The notes: generated by a model from the sequence alone, not told the origin. DNA of 32,000 nucleotides from an archaeon (GCA_024277355.1 JAJRVL010000011.1:79365-111364); one strand, 5' to 3'; shown: positions 1-9,404, counted from the stretch's first letter. Numbers and translations: made by a program.

Positions 1-1392
1 GCATCCAACAACACAAGGTTTGCCCATTCCTCTTGCAACAACAGCAGCATGAGAAGTGTTTCCTCCTCTGCAAGTTAAAATTCCTTTTGATGCAATCATT
101 CCATGAATATCTTCAGGAGAAGTTTCATGTCTGACTAAAATTACGTTTCCTTTTTCGCTTTCTTTTTCAGCTGTATTTGCATCAAAAAACATTCTCCCTG
201 ATGCAGCCCCGGGAGAAGCATTTAACCCTAAAGCAATTTCATTTAATTTTTGTTTTGGGTCAATTCTTTTATGGAGCAGTTGATTTAAATCTAAAGGATT
301 AATTCTCAGTAAAGCTTCTTGTTTTGAAATTAGTTTTTCTTCAACTAATTCAACTGCAATTCTAACTGCTGCCTGACCGGTTCTTTTTCCGTTTCTGGTC
401 TGCAGTAAAAATAATTTTTTGTCTTCAATAGTAAATTCAGTGTCCTGCATGTCTTTGTAGTGTTTTTCTAATTTTTCGCATACAGACTTAAATTCTTCAA
501 AAACTTCAGGCATTACTTCATTTAATTCAGCAATTATTCTTGGAGTACGGATTCCTGCAACAACATCCTCGCCTTGAGCATTTAACAAAAATTCTCCATA
601 TAATTTTTTTATTCCATTAGAAGGGTTTCTGGTAAAACACACTCCTGTCCCTGAAGTTTCGCCTAAATTTCCAAAAACCATTTCCTGAATTACTACTCCA
701 GTTCCCCATGAATCAGGAATTTTATTTAATTTACGATAAGTTATTGCTCGTTTATTATTCCATGAATTAAATACAGCCTTAACCGCTAAAATTAATTGTT
801 GTTTTGGTTCTTCAGGAAAAGTGTTTTTTGTTTCTTGTTCAACTAAATTTTTGTATTCTTTAATTATTTTTTTTAGTGATTCAGCAGTTAAATCACAGTC
901 TTTTGTTGTTTCTGTATTTTGTTTTTCTTTTTCTAAGATTTCTTCAAATTTATCGTGTTCTAAATTTAATACAACATTAGAAAACATCTGAATAAATCTT
1001 CTGTAAGAATCTAATACAAATCTTTCATTTTTTGTTTTTTCAATCATTGATTTAATTGTTTTTTCATTTAATCCAAGATTTAATACTGTATCCATCATTC
1101 CAGGCATTGAGGTTCTTGCACCACTTCTAACTGAAACTAATAAGGGGTTTTCTCCTGAAAACTGTTTTTTTGTTTGTTTTTCTAATTGCATTAAAGAGTC
1201 ATTTAATTCTTGTTCTAATCCTTCAGGGAAATCATTTGAATCAAAAAAATTAATACAAGCTTGAGTTGAAATCACAAAACCTTTAGGGACAGGCAAACCT
1301 AATTTAGTCATTTCACATAAATTGCTTCCTTTTCCTCCTAAAAGGTTTTTCATTTCTTTGCTTCCTTCCTCAAAAAAATAAATATACTTCAA
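1..1392 (-). CDS. ppdK: pyruvate, phosphate dikinase, N-terminal ~464 aa (C-terminus runs off the window start)
   Basis: The minus strand is open over 1..1392; I checked every codon and found no stop. It is absent from the ORF track because the window edge truncates it. The translation begins (TTG)KYIYFFEEGSKEMKNLLGGKGSNLCEM and reaches ...TCRGGNTSHAAVVARGMGKPCVVGC, the phospho-histidine swivel motif. The TTG at 1390-1392 is preceded by a GGGGGA SD-like box, and an in-frame TAA lies upstream at 1405-1407. Confidence 0.9.
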   Translation of the reverse strand, partial: MKYIYFFEEGSKEMKNLLGGKGSNLCEMTKLGLPVPKGFVISTQACINFFDSNDFPEGLEQELNDSLMQLEKQTKKQFSGENPLLVSVRSGARTSMPGMMDTVLNLGLNEKTIKSMIEKTKNERFVLDSYRRFIQMFSNVVLNLEHDKFEEILEKEKQNTETTKDCDLTAESLKKIIKEYKNLVEQETKNTFPEEPKQQLILAVKAVFNSWNNKRAITYRKLNKIPDSWGTGVVIQEMVFGNLGETSGTGVCFTRNPSNGIKKLYGEFLLNAQGEDVVAGIRTPRIIAELNEVMPEVFEEFKSVCEKLEKHYKDMQDTEFTIEDKKLFLLQTRNGKRTGQAAVRIAVELVEEKLISKQEALLRINPLDLNQLLHKRIDPKQKLNEIALGLNASPGAASGRMFFDANTAEKESEKGNVILVRHETSPEDIHGMIASKGILTCRGGNTSHAAVVARGMGKPCVVGC

Positions 1393-1533
1393 TTCAAATC
1401 CCCCTTAAACAAAATCATGTAAAACTTCATAAAAAGTATGAAAACTTAGATAAAGAAAGCTTTTAAACCAAATGTTTAACTAAAAAAAGCAATTCATTTA
1501 AACTATTAAGAACTGAATATTACAGGAGATTAA

Positions 1534-2550
1534 ATGAAAAAAATAAGTATTTTAGGTTCAACCGGAAGCATCGGAACACAGACTTTAGATGTAGTAAGAC
1601 AGCATTCTGATGAATTCAAAGTTTTAGGGTTAGCTGCGTTTAATGAAATAGACAAAATAATTGAACAAATTAATGAATTTAAGCCGGAAAAAGTCTGTTT
1701 GTTTGATGAAAAATCAGCTGAAGAGTTAGCAAAAAAAACTGATGTTGAAGTTGTTTCAGGGATGCAGGGATTAAAAGAAATTGCAGTAATAGAAGAAATT
1801 GAGCAGACAATTGTTTCAGTTGTAGGTGCAATAGGAATTGAGCCGACAATGCATGCAATAAAAAAAGGAAAAAATATTGCTTTAGCAAATAAAGAAACTT
1901 TAGTTTCAGCAGGACAGCCAATAATGAAAGAAGTCAAAAAACAAGGAATTGTATTAATGCCAATTGATTCAGAGCATTCAGCTATATTTCAATGTTTGAA
2001 TGGAGAGGAAAGAAAAAAAGTTTCAAAAGTTTTAATTACTTGTTCTGGCGGGCCGTTTAGAGGGAAAAAAATTTCTGATTTTTATAATGCAACTCCTGAA
2101 CAGGCTTTAGGACATCCAACATGGAGTATGGGTTCAAAAATTACAATTGATTCTTCAACTTTAATGAATAAAGGCCTGGAAGTATTGGAAGCAAAATGGC
2201 TGTATGATTTAGAATTAGAAGAAATTGAAGTAGTAATTCATCCTCAAAGTTTAATTCATTCAATGGTTGAATTTACTGACGGGAGTATTATGGCTCAAAT
2301 TGGAACACACGATATGCGTACTCCCATCCAATATGCTTTAACTTATCCAAAAAGATTAACAAATGAATTTCCAAGATTAAATTTATTTGAAAACAATAAT
2401 TTAACTTTTGAAAAACCTGATTACAAAAATTTTCCGTGTTTAGGTTTTGCTTTTGAAGCAGGAAAACAAAAAGGAACTTTAGCTTCAGCAATGAATGCAG
2501 CAAATGAAATTGCTGTCTGGAGTTTTTTAGATAAAAAAATCAAGTACTGA
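1534..2550 (+). CDS. dxr: 1-deoxy-D-xylulose 5-phosphate reductoisomerase; the ORF ends at an in-frame TGA and the conserved C-terminus continues to 2679
   Basis: Motifs ILGSTGSIGTQTLDV, LANKETLV, PIDSEHSAIFQCL, CSGGPFRG and HPTWSMGSKITIDSSTLMNKGLEVLEA. An AGGAG SD box sits upstream of the ATG. Confidence 0.9.
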   Translation: MKKISILGSTGSIGTQTLDVVRQHSDEFKVLGLAAFNEIDKIIEQINEFKPEKVCLFDEKSAEELAKKTDVEVVSGMQGLKEIAVIEEIEQTIVSVVGAIGIEPTMHAIKKGKNIALANKETLVSAGQPIMKEVKKQGIVLMPIDSEHSAIFQCLNGEERKKVSKVLITCSGGPFRGKKISDFYNATPEQALGHPTWSMGSKITIDSSTLMNKGLEVLEAKWLYDLELEEIEVVIHPQSLIHSMVEFTDGSIMAQIGTHDMRTPIQYALTYPKRLTNEFPRLNLFENNNLTFEKPDYKNFPCLGFAFEAGKQKGTLASAMNAANEIAVWSFLDKKIKY

Positions 2551-2679
2551 GAAATCCCGGAAATAATTAAACAAGTAATGGATTTACATAAAAATACTTT
2601 AAATCCTTCTTTAGAGGATTCACTTGAAGCAGATAAAAAAGCAAGAGAAACAGCAAAAAAAATAATAGAAGAAAAATGA
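2551..2679 (+). other. dxr: in-frame continuation of dxr after TGA 2548-2550 (42 codons, conserved C-terminal helical tail)
   Basis: The same frame reads EIPEIIKQVMDLHKNTLNPSLEDSLEADKKARETAKKIIEEK*. It aligns to the E. coli Dxr tail as I recall it (...FTDIAALNLSVLEKM...VDDVLSVDANAREVARKEV). Confidence 0.75.
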
Positions 2680-2788
2680 GAAAAAATGAAAAAACAGCAG
2701 AGTATTCAGTTATTCAGTAATTGATAATTTAATAAACAAAACAAAAAGAAATTTAAGCATTAAAAGAGTTTAATTACAAAGTGATGAA

Positions 2789-3478
2789 ATGAATTATGCA
2801 GTAATTTGTGCCGGCGGAAAAGGAATAAGAATGGACGCCGGAAAAAACAAAGTGTTCTTAAAAATTAAAGGCAAAGAAATAATTGCAAAAACTATTTTAG
2901 TGTTTGAAAAAGCAAAAGAAATAAACGGAATAATTATTTCAATTGGAAAGAATGACATAAAAGAAATACAGGAAATAATTGAAAAAGAAAAATTTGAAAA
3001 AATTAAAGCAGTAATTGAAGGTGGAAAAGAAAGACAGGATTCCGTTTATAATGGAATAAAAAAATTACAGGAATTTGCAGAAAAAGATGACGTGATTTTA
3101 ATTCATAATGCAGCAAACCCTTTTGTAAAAGAAGAAACAATAAACAACTGCATTAAAGCAGCAAAAGAATTTGGAGCAAGTGTTGCAGCACAAAAAGTAA
3201 AAGACACAATAAAAAAAGTTGATGAAGATTTATTAGTTAAAAAAACATTAAACCGAAAAGAATTATGGCAAATGCAGACTCCGCAGGCAATAATTAACCA
3301 CATTGCATTAAAAGCATTTGAAAAAGCTTATTCAGAAAACTTTTATGGAACAGATGACGTTCAGTTAGTTGAAAGAATTCATGGAAAAATAAAAATAGTT
3401 GAATGTTCATATAAAAACATTAAAATTACAACAAAAGAAGATATAGAATTAGCAGAAAGAATTTTAGATGAAAACTGA
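2789..3478 (+). CDS. ispD: 2-C-methyl-D-erythritol 4-phosphate cytidylyltransferase
   Basis: N-terminal AVICAGGKGIRM nucleotide-binding loop, length 229 aa, and IspD-like ...WQMQTPQ... and ...TDDVQLVE... segments. A GTGAT SD-like box sits upstream. Confidence 0.88.
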   Translation: MNYAVICAGGKGIRMDAGKNKVFLKIKGKEIIAKTILVFEKAKEINGIIISIGKNDIKEIQEIIEKEKFEKIKAVIEGGKERQDSVYNGIKKLQEFAEKDDVILIHNAANPFVKEETINNCIKAAKEFGASVAAQKVKDTIKKVDEDLLVKKTLNRKELWQMQTPQAIINHIALKAFEKAYSENFYGTDDVQLVERIHGKIKIVECSYKNIKITTKEDIELAERILDEN

Positions 3479-3493
3479 TTAAAATGAAAAAAA

Positions 3494-4345
3494 TTGTCAG
3501 GAAATTGTTTAAAAGAAAAAAAAACCCCTAAAAAAATAAATATTCCCAGAAGAAAGTTTCTCAAAACCATAACTATCGGAACTACATCAATATCTTTAGC
3601 TTATCTTTTGAGCTGTTTTCCAATTAAGCTATCTAAACTGCCTATAGAAAAAACCCATCAAACTACATTACTTGGAATGATTCATTTTACAGACATGAAA
3701 TCAAGCAAACAAGAAATTATTAATAAAACAAAAACCAATAAAAATACTTTAAAAAGCTACAATAAAGCACTTGAAGCCATTAAAAGACTGCCTGCTGGTT
3801 CAAGAATATTAATTGAAGATGCTACTCCTTTTTCAGTTAACGGAAAAAAGTATTACAGTATTTTTTCTGTTTTATCTGAAAAAGCAAGAGCAAAAGGATT
3901 AATAGTTGAAAATTATCTTCCAAGAAAAGCAATATTCAGGAGAATTGACGCATACAGTTATTTGATTGAAACATTTTATAAAAATAAAAATCCAGAAATA
4001 ATTAAAGCAAGAAAAAAAGAACTAGCTAAAAAATACAATCTTAGTTCAATAAAAAACATTAATTCTGTTGAAGAAGCAAGCACAAAATTATATCAATATT
4101 TTGAACATATGACAAATTTTTTAATTAAATCTTACAGAAAAAAACCAGCATTAATTATTGCAGGAGATTTACATGTTGCTGCATCAAAAAAATGGCTGAA
4201 AAATGCTGAAGATATAACTCCTAAAAACACCAGAAAATACACTGAAAAAATCATGGCAAATTCAAAACAAGAATTTAAAGAACTAGTTGAATTATTTGAA
4301 AAACACAGAGAAAAAATGGTTAAAAAATTAAAAGTTAACGGATGA
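3494..4345 (+). CDS. hypothetical exported protein with a Tat-like signal; weak TraB/GumN/TIKI-like motifs
   Basis: The N-terminus carries RRKFLKTITIGTTSISLAYLLSC, a twin-arginine consensus followed by a hydrophobic stretch. LLGMIHFTD and ALIIAGDLHVAAS resemble the two His motifs of the TraB/GumN family, recalled from memory and weak. The start is probably TTG 3494, since no ATG occurs before the signal. Confidence 0.5.
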   Translation: MSGNCLKEKKTPKKINIPRRKFLKTITIGTTSISLAYLLSCFPIKLSKLPIEKTHQTTLLGMIHFTDMKSSKQEIINKTKTNKNTLKSYNKALEAIKRLPAGSRILIEDATPFSVNGKKYYSIFSVLSEKARAKGLIVENYLPRKAIFRRIDAYSYLIETFYKNKNPEIIKARKKELAKKYNLSSIKNINSVEEASTKLYQYFEHMTNFLIKSYRKKPALIIAGDLHVAASKKWLKNAEDITPKNTRKYTEKIMANSKQEFKELVELFEKHREKMVKKLKVNG

Positions 4346-4404
4346 ATTAATAGTTAGATAAAAAAAAAAGCAACAATATAAAAAGGATTTTATACATAAT
4401 TTTA

Positions 4405-4935
4405 GTGAGAGTTATGCCATTTAGAGTAGGATTAGGACAAGATTCCCATAGGTTTTCTCACGTGCATGAAAAAAGACCTTTGATTTTAGGCGGAATAGAA
4501 ATTAAAGATTGTTTGGGTTTAAAGGGAAATTCAGATGCAGATGTAATACTTCATGCATTATTTAATTCTCTTGCACAATTAATTGGCTGGAAAAGTTTAG
4601 GAAGCCATGCAGACAAAATGGTTAAAGAACAAGGAATAACTGATTCAAAAGAATACTTAAAAGAACCATTAAAAAAACTAAAAGAAATGAATTATGAAAT
4701 TACAACTGTAAGCATCACACTTGAATGCAAAAAACCAAAAATTGATCCGGTATCAAATGAAATAAGAACAAGTGTTGCAAAAATTCTTGGAATAAAAAAA
4801 GAACAAGTAGGAATAATTGCAACAACAGGAGAAAGATTAACTGCTTTTGGAAGAGGGGAAGGAATACAAGCATTTACAGTGATAACAGCAATACATAAAG
4901 ACATCAAAAAATTTACAGGAAAAAAAAATAAATAA
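4405..4935 (+). CDS. ispF: 2-C-methyl-D-erythritol 2,4-cyclodiphosphate synthase (likely ATG start at 4414)
   Basis: FRVGLGQDSHRF and GNSDADVILHAL are the metal and substrate motifs of IspF. Length is about 173 aa. Confidence 0.9.
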   Translation: MRVMPFRVGLGQDSHRFSHVHEKRPLILGGIEIKDCLGLKGNSDADVILHALFNSLAQLIGWKSLGSHADKMVKEQGITDSKEYLKEPLKKLKEMNYEITTVSITLECKKPKIDPVSNEIRTSVAKILGIKKEQVGIIATTGERLTAFGRGEGIQAFTVITAIHKDIKKFTGKKNK

Positions 4936-5004
4936 ATAAATTCGTTCTTTGACGTAATATGCTTGTTAAATCAACGTAAGGTTTAAATAGTTTGAGCTAT
5001 AATA

Positions 5005-6828
5005 TTGGTATTTCGGGAAAAGATTTTTATGGATAAAAATGAATTAAATTTTGGAAAATTACTGGAAAAAATTGATTCTCCAGCAGACTTAAAAAAACTA
5101 AAAGTTGAAGAATTAGAAGAATTGTCTAAAGAAGTAAGAGAAGTTTTAATTAAAACCTGTTCAGCTAACGGAGGACATATTGGGGCAAATTTAGGAGTAG
5201 TTGAATTAAGCATTGCATTGCATTATGTTTTTAATTCTCCTCAAGACAAATTTTTGTTTGATACAAGCCATCAAAGTTATACTCACAAATTATTGACTGG
5301 AAGGAAAAAAGATTTCCATACAATCTGCACTCCAAAAGGAATTCCAAGATTTACAGTAAGAAATGAAACTCCATTTGATAACTGGAGTGCAGGCCATGCT
5401 TCAACTGCATTAAGCGGAGCAATGGGAATGGCTGAAGCAAGAAAAACAAACAAACAAGAATATGAAGTAGTAGCAGTAACAGGCGACGGAGCATTAACCG
5501 GCGGAATGTGTTATGAAGCACTAAATAATATCGGGTATAACCAGACAGATGTAATTTTAATTTTAAATGACAACAAAATGAGCATTTCTCCTAATGTAGG
5601 TGCAATGTATAAACATTTGAAAAAGCTGTCAATGTTTGCAGACGAAAAAATTCCACGAAGAGAAGTAGGAACAATATTTGAAAAATTAGGAATTCAATAT
5701 TACGGGCCGGTTGACGGCCATAACGTAAAAAAATTAGTTGAAGAATTAGAAAATTTAAAAGACTTAAAAGGACCAAAATTGCTTCATGTATTAACCATTA
5801 AAGGAAAAGGAATGGAATACATGGAAAACGATAAAGCAACATGGCATGAGCACCCTGCATTTGATGTTGAAACCGGCCAGCCAATAAAAAAAGGACCTGC
5901 AAAAATAGAAAAAATTGCAGTTCAGGCTTTAATGGAATTAGCAGAACAAGATAAATCAATTGTGGGAATTACAGCAGCAATGCCTGCAGGAACCGCTTTA
6001 ATTGAATTCAGCAAAAAATTCCCTGACAGATTTTATGATGTAGGAATAGCAGAAGAACACGCAGTTACTTTTGCAGCAGGATTAGCTGCAGAAAAAACAA
6101 AACCTTTTGTAGTAATTTACAGTCCTTTTTTGCAGAGAGCTTTTGATCAGGTAGCACATGATGTTGCATTACAGGATTTGCCGGTAAAATTATTGGTTCC
6201 AAAAGCAGCAATAACCGGAGACGGCCCAACACAAGGAGGAATCCTTGACTTCAGTTATCTGAGAATTATTCCAAACTTAATTGTAATGGCGCCAAAAGAT
6301 GAAAACGAATTAAGACATATGATTAAAACCGCACAAGAATACAATAAAGGACCAATTAGTGTCAGATACCCAAAAGGAAATGCTTTAGGAGTAGAATTAG
6401 ATAAAGAAATGAAATCAATTGAAATAGGAAAAGCTGAAATGATTAAAGAAGGAAAAGACATTTCTTTGATTAGTATTGGATTTATGTTAAAAGAAACAGT
6501 TGAAGCTGCTGAGATTTTAAAGAAAGAAGGGATTGATGCTGAAGTAATTAATTCAAGGTTTGTTAAACCATTAGATAGAAAAATGATTTCTGAAAGCCTG
6601 AAAAAAACAGGAAAAGGAATCACAATAGAAGAAAATATTCTTCCCGGAGGGTTTGGTTCAGCTGTCTTGGAAATGCTTGAAGCTAAAGGACTAAATGAAG
6701 TTGTATTGCAGAGAATAGGCGCACCAGACGAATATATTGGTTATGACAGTCCAAATGAAATCAAAAAACAGTTTGGAATGGATGCAGAAAGCATAGTAAA
6801 AAAAGTTAAAAAAATGCTTGGAAAATAA
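5005..6828 (+). CDS. dxs: 1-deoxy-D-xylulose-5-phosphate synthase (likely ATG start at 5029)
   Basis: GGHIGANLGVVELSIALHYVF, SHQSYTHKLLTGR, the TPP motif VAVTGDGALTGGMCYEALNN, and the transketolase-like C-terminal domains. About 600 aa. Confidence 0.93.
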   Translation: MVFREKIFMDKNELNFGKLLEKIDSPADLKKLKVEELEELSKEVREVLIKTCSANGGHIGANLGVVELSIALHYVFNSPQDKFLFDTSHQSYTHKLLTGRKKDFHTICTPKGIPRFTVRNETPFDNWSAGHASTALSGAMGMAEARKTNKQEYEVVAVTGDGALTGGMCYEALNNIGYNQTDVILILNDNKMSISPNVGAMYKHLKKLSMFADEKIPRREVGTIFEKLGIQYYGPVDGHNVKKLVEELENLKDLKGPKLLHVLTIKGKGMEYMENDKATWHEHPAFDVETGQPIKKGPAKIEKIAVQALMELAEQDKSIVGITAAMPAGTALIEFSKKFPDRFYDVGIAEEHAVTFAAGLAAEKTKPFVVIYSPFLQRAFDQVAHDVALQDLPVKLLVPKAAITGDGPTQGGILDFSYLRIIPNLIVMAPKDENELRHMIKTAQEYNKGPISVRYPKGNALGVELDKEMKSIEIGKAEMIKEGKDISLISIGFMLKETVEAAEILKKEGIDAEVINSRFVKPLDRKMISESLKKTGKGITIEENILPGGFGSAVLEMLEAKGLNEVVLQRIGAPDEYIGYDSPNEIKKQFGMDAESIVKKVKKMLGK

Positions 6829-6947
6829 TTACAAAAAGAATAACAGCTAATTATAAAAGAATAAAAATAATAGAAATAAAAAATTAAGGAAAAAAATAAA
6901 ACTAATAAATTACTAATTAATCAAAAACTAATTAAAAAAAAGAAAAG

Positions 6948-6967
6948 TTGATTGCTAAAGCAATCAA
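6948..6967. terminator. perfect 8-bp hairpin (TTGATTGC-taaa-GCAATCAA) between convergent dxs and the 6964-7215 gene
   Basis: The inverted repeat is read directly from the sequence. It overlaps the stop codon of the minus-strand gene and lies in an A/T-rich spacer. A role as a bidirectional terminator is inferred only. Confidence 0.35.
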
Positions 6968-7215
6968 ACACCAATTTTTAATTTTGAAGGCTGAATAATA
7001 AAACCCCAATCAGCTACTGTAAATTTTAATGGAGAACCGCCATCTCCGCCACCCATCAAAATTACAGGAACAGAATTGCTTTCTTCGTCATCTTTAGGAA
7101 CAGATGTTACTCCATCTTCAATTTCATCCCCAACAACACCAATTTGATTCCACACTGCAGAAGTAAACCCTGCAAAAGCAATTAACAAAACTGCTAAAAT
7201 TAATAATTTTTTCAT
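6964..7215 (-). CDS. small secreted hypothetical protein (83 aa)
   Basis: The N-terminus MKKLLILAVLLIAFAGFTSA looks like a signal peptide. An acidic middle section follows. No family recognised. Confidence 0.5.
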   Translation of the reverse strand: MKKLLILAVLLIAFAGFTSAVWNQIGVVGDEIEDGVTSVPKDDEESNSVPVILMGGGDGGSPLKFTVADWGFIIQPSKLKIGV

Positions 7216-7280
7216 TTAATAAAACCTCCAAATAAACAAAACAATTAGTATATGTGTGTTTTACTTTAAAAAGTTTTAGT

Positions 7281-8120
7281 TTACAAAAAATCCCTTGATT
7301 TTTTCCATTCAATTTCAGCTTTCTCACAAAAAGAAATAATTTTTTGTTTTTGTTCTGAAACTAAACCTTTCCAGTCAAACAAAACAAAATCAACTTTTTC
7401 AGAAGTCTGTTTAATCATTTGTTCAAATAAAACAAAATCAACTTCATTAACATAATATTTAGATAAAATATGAGAAACCGCAATATCTGTTCTGGCCATT
7501 ACTTTAGAAAAAGAAGGACAATAATGGGTTCCGCCTACTCCAATTGCTGTCTTGAAATTTGAATTAAAATTAAAAAAAGAATCCATAATAGAAAAAGCAA
7601 TTATTTTTCCTGCCTGCTTATTTTTCCATTCGGTTTCATTGCTTCCAATTTCAATAAAAACTGCAGGTTTAGACAAAAAAGGGCCGTGATGAGTTTGCTC
7701 CATTAAAACAGGCCAGTCAAAATTTTCTTTTTTTGTTTGTTCAAGTAAATTCAAAAAAAAGTTTTTCATTACTAAAGAAGAAACTGAAACTAAAGTTTTT
7801 TCTTTTCCGCCTAAATCAGCTTTACTAAAATTTCCTATTGGGTGAACAGAAAAAGTTTTTTGTCCTGATTCACTTGAATGCTTTGAAGCAAAAATAAACA
7901 AATCAGTTTCTAATTCATCTAAAAAATCTGCGGTAACTTGTTTTTCATTAATTAAAATTAAATCAAAAATTTGTTTTTCATTAGAAAAAGAATAAATTGA
8001 ATTTGAATTAAATTGTTTTTCTGTTTTCTTAAAATCAAAGCATTCAATTAAATTAGAATAAATGTTTAATCCTGCTAAATCTGTTTTAGAAACAATAATT
8101 GAAATTTTATTAAAGTTCAT
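7281..8120 (-). CDS. dtdA: D-aminoacyl-tRNA deacylase, archaeal type (DtdA/DTD2-like)
   Basis: Length is about 279 aa. The N-terminus is IIVSKTDLAGLNI and later segments read ...THHGP... and ...GVGGTHYCP..., matching the archaeal DtdA family as I recall it. Confidence 0.75.
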   Translation of the reverse strand: MNFNKISIIVSKTDLAGLNIYSNLIECFDFKKTEKQFNSNSIYSFSNEKQIFDLILINEKQVTADFLDELETDLFIFASKHSSESGQKTFSVHPIGNFSKADLGGKEKTLVSVSSLVMKNFFLNLLEQTKKENFDWPVLMEQTHHGPFLSKPAVFIEIGSNETEWKNKQAGKIIAFSIMDSFFNFNSNFKTAIGVGGTHYCPSFSKVMARTDIAVSHILSKYYVNEVDFVLFEQMIKQTSEKVDFVLFDWKGLVSEQKQKIISFCEKAEIEWKKSRDFL

Positions 8121-8137
8121 AAGAAAAAAACAAATAA

Positions 8138-8608
8138 TTATTTTTTATAACTTAAGGATAACTGGCCAAAAACATCTTCTAAATTATTTAAAGTTTGAAT
8201 TAAGTTTTTTGTAACGTAATGATTGAAAGATGCTTTGAGGTCATCTCGTTCAGCAAAAGGCGCAGGATTAAATAAATACGCCTGTTTTTTTCTAACTAAT
8301 AAATCAAATTCTTTCATTCGGTTTAAATGATATCTTAAAAGTTTTTCAGAGATTTTTTTTGAATTCTTTTTTTTAATATAAGACTGGATGTTTGGAACAG
8401 TAGGAAGCGTTTTAGAAAAATTCAAATAAAATAATGCATCTAATACATCTAAAACAGTGGTTCTGGATTCTTTTTCTGAAAGCAAACCAAAAGACAAAGC
8501 AAACCACCTTAACATTGAACGTTTAGTTAATTTTACATTAGGGGGGAAATCCATTGATTTAATTATGAAAGTTTTTCTAACTAAACAGCTTTCAGGTAAT
8601 TCAGACAA
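8138..8608 (-). CDS. hypothetical winged-helix-like protein
   Basis: 156-aa ORF with a TTG start. The segment EKLLRYHLNRMKEFDLLVRKKQAYLFNP resembles a wHTH recognition helix plus wing. No specific family recognised. Confidence 0.45.
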   Translation of the reverse strand: MSELPESCLVRKTFIIKSMDFPPNVKLTKRSMLRWFALSFGLLSEKESRTTVLDVLDALFYLNFSKTLPTVPNIQSYIKKKNSKKISEKLLRYHLNRMKEFDLLVRKKQAYLFNPAPFAERDDLKASFNHYVTKNLIQTLNNLEDVFGQLSLSYKK

Positions 8609-8741
8609 TTTAACACCAAAACATTATTTCCTTTTCAAATAGATTATTCTCATTGATTTATTTAAGTTTTTTGGTTAAATTAAGCAAAAATTGAATAAAC
8701 GTTTAAAATAAGTTAATGTCATATAATTTTACTGATTCTAT

Positions 8742-9104
8742 ATGAGTATTTCAATTAATACAAGCTTTCTTCCATTCAAGCTTGACTTAAAAGAAAAAAA
8801 GCCTGTAAGAATGGATATTGAAGTAATAAACAGATATGATAAACCAAAAAAAGTTATTTTAGAGTTATTAGCTTCAAGTCAGATTGGATTTAACAAGACA
8901 AGCGCAACAAAAGAAAAATATGAAATTGGATTGCTTGAACCAGGACAAAGCAAAAACATCAAAATAGATATTTTTCCTAAAAATTTTGCAATAAAAAGAG
9001 AAGAAGTAATTTCAATTACTGCAACAGAAATAACTATTGAAGATTCAGGTTATAGTTTTCCTTCAAAAAAATTCAAGAAAAACGTCGGCTTAGAAATAAA
9101 ATAA
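8742..9104 (+). CDS. hypothetical small beta-rich protein (120 aa)
   Basis: Clean ORF with coding-like, purine-rich composition. No motif recognised. Confidence 0.45.
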   Translation: MSISINTSFLPFKLDLKEKKPVRMDIEVINRYDKPKKVILELLASSQIGFNKTSATKEKYEIGLLEPGQSKNIKIDIFPKNFAIKREEVISITATEITIEDSGYSFPSKKFKKNVGLEIK

Positions 9105-9105
9105 T

Positions 9106-9309
9106 TCACTTTTTTTTAGTTTTTTTTATTTCTTTTTTTTCTTCTTTTAGTTCTTCCTGAAATTCTTCTCGGTCTTCGTCATCTAAGCCTAATTGTTTAA
9201 GCATTTTATCATGGTCTTGCGGAGTAAGCTTGTCATACCATTCATTCCATATTTTATCTTCGGCTTTAGAAACGATTTTTCCTTCTATAGGTTTTTTTCG
9301 TTTAGGCAT
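9106..9309 (-). CDS. small highly charged protein (67 aa) with N-terminus MPKRKKP
   Basis: The sequence reads MPKRKKPIEGK...EELKEEKKEIKKTKKK. It shares the MP+Lys N-terminal signature with five other ORFs in the window. Confidence 0.5.
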   Translation of the reverse strand: MPKRKKPIEGKIVSKAEDKIWNEWYDKLTPQDHDKMLKQLGLDDEDREEFQEELKEEKKEIKKTKKK

Positions 9310-9404
9310 AAATAAAAAAATCCTTGAATAATATTTAAAATACTTTCCTATAAATCAAAAAATCAATAAAAGTATTTAAAGGAATTAACTCATTAATCAA
9401 TAAA

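Noticed and set aside
2548-2550. The TGA in dxr might encode selenocysteine.
   Set aside because: The position is a variable, non-catalytic residue in Dxr, and I see no convincing SECIS-like hairpin. Dxr is not a known selenoprotein.
3476-3496. ispD and the 3494-4345 ORF are in the same frame, separated only by TGA-TTA-AAA-TGA-AAA-AAA. This could indicate a fusion protein or another interrupted gene.
   Set aside because: There are two stops in six codons. The downstream protein begins with a typical N-terminal Tat-like signal, and IspD is full length at 229 aa. The shared frame is probably a coincidence.
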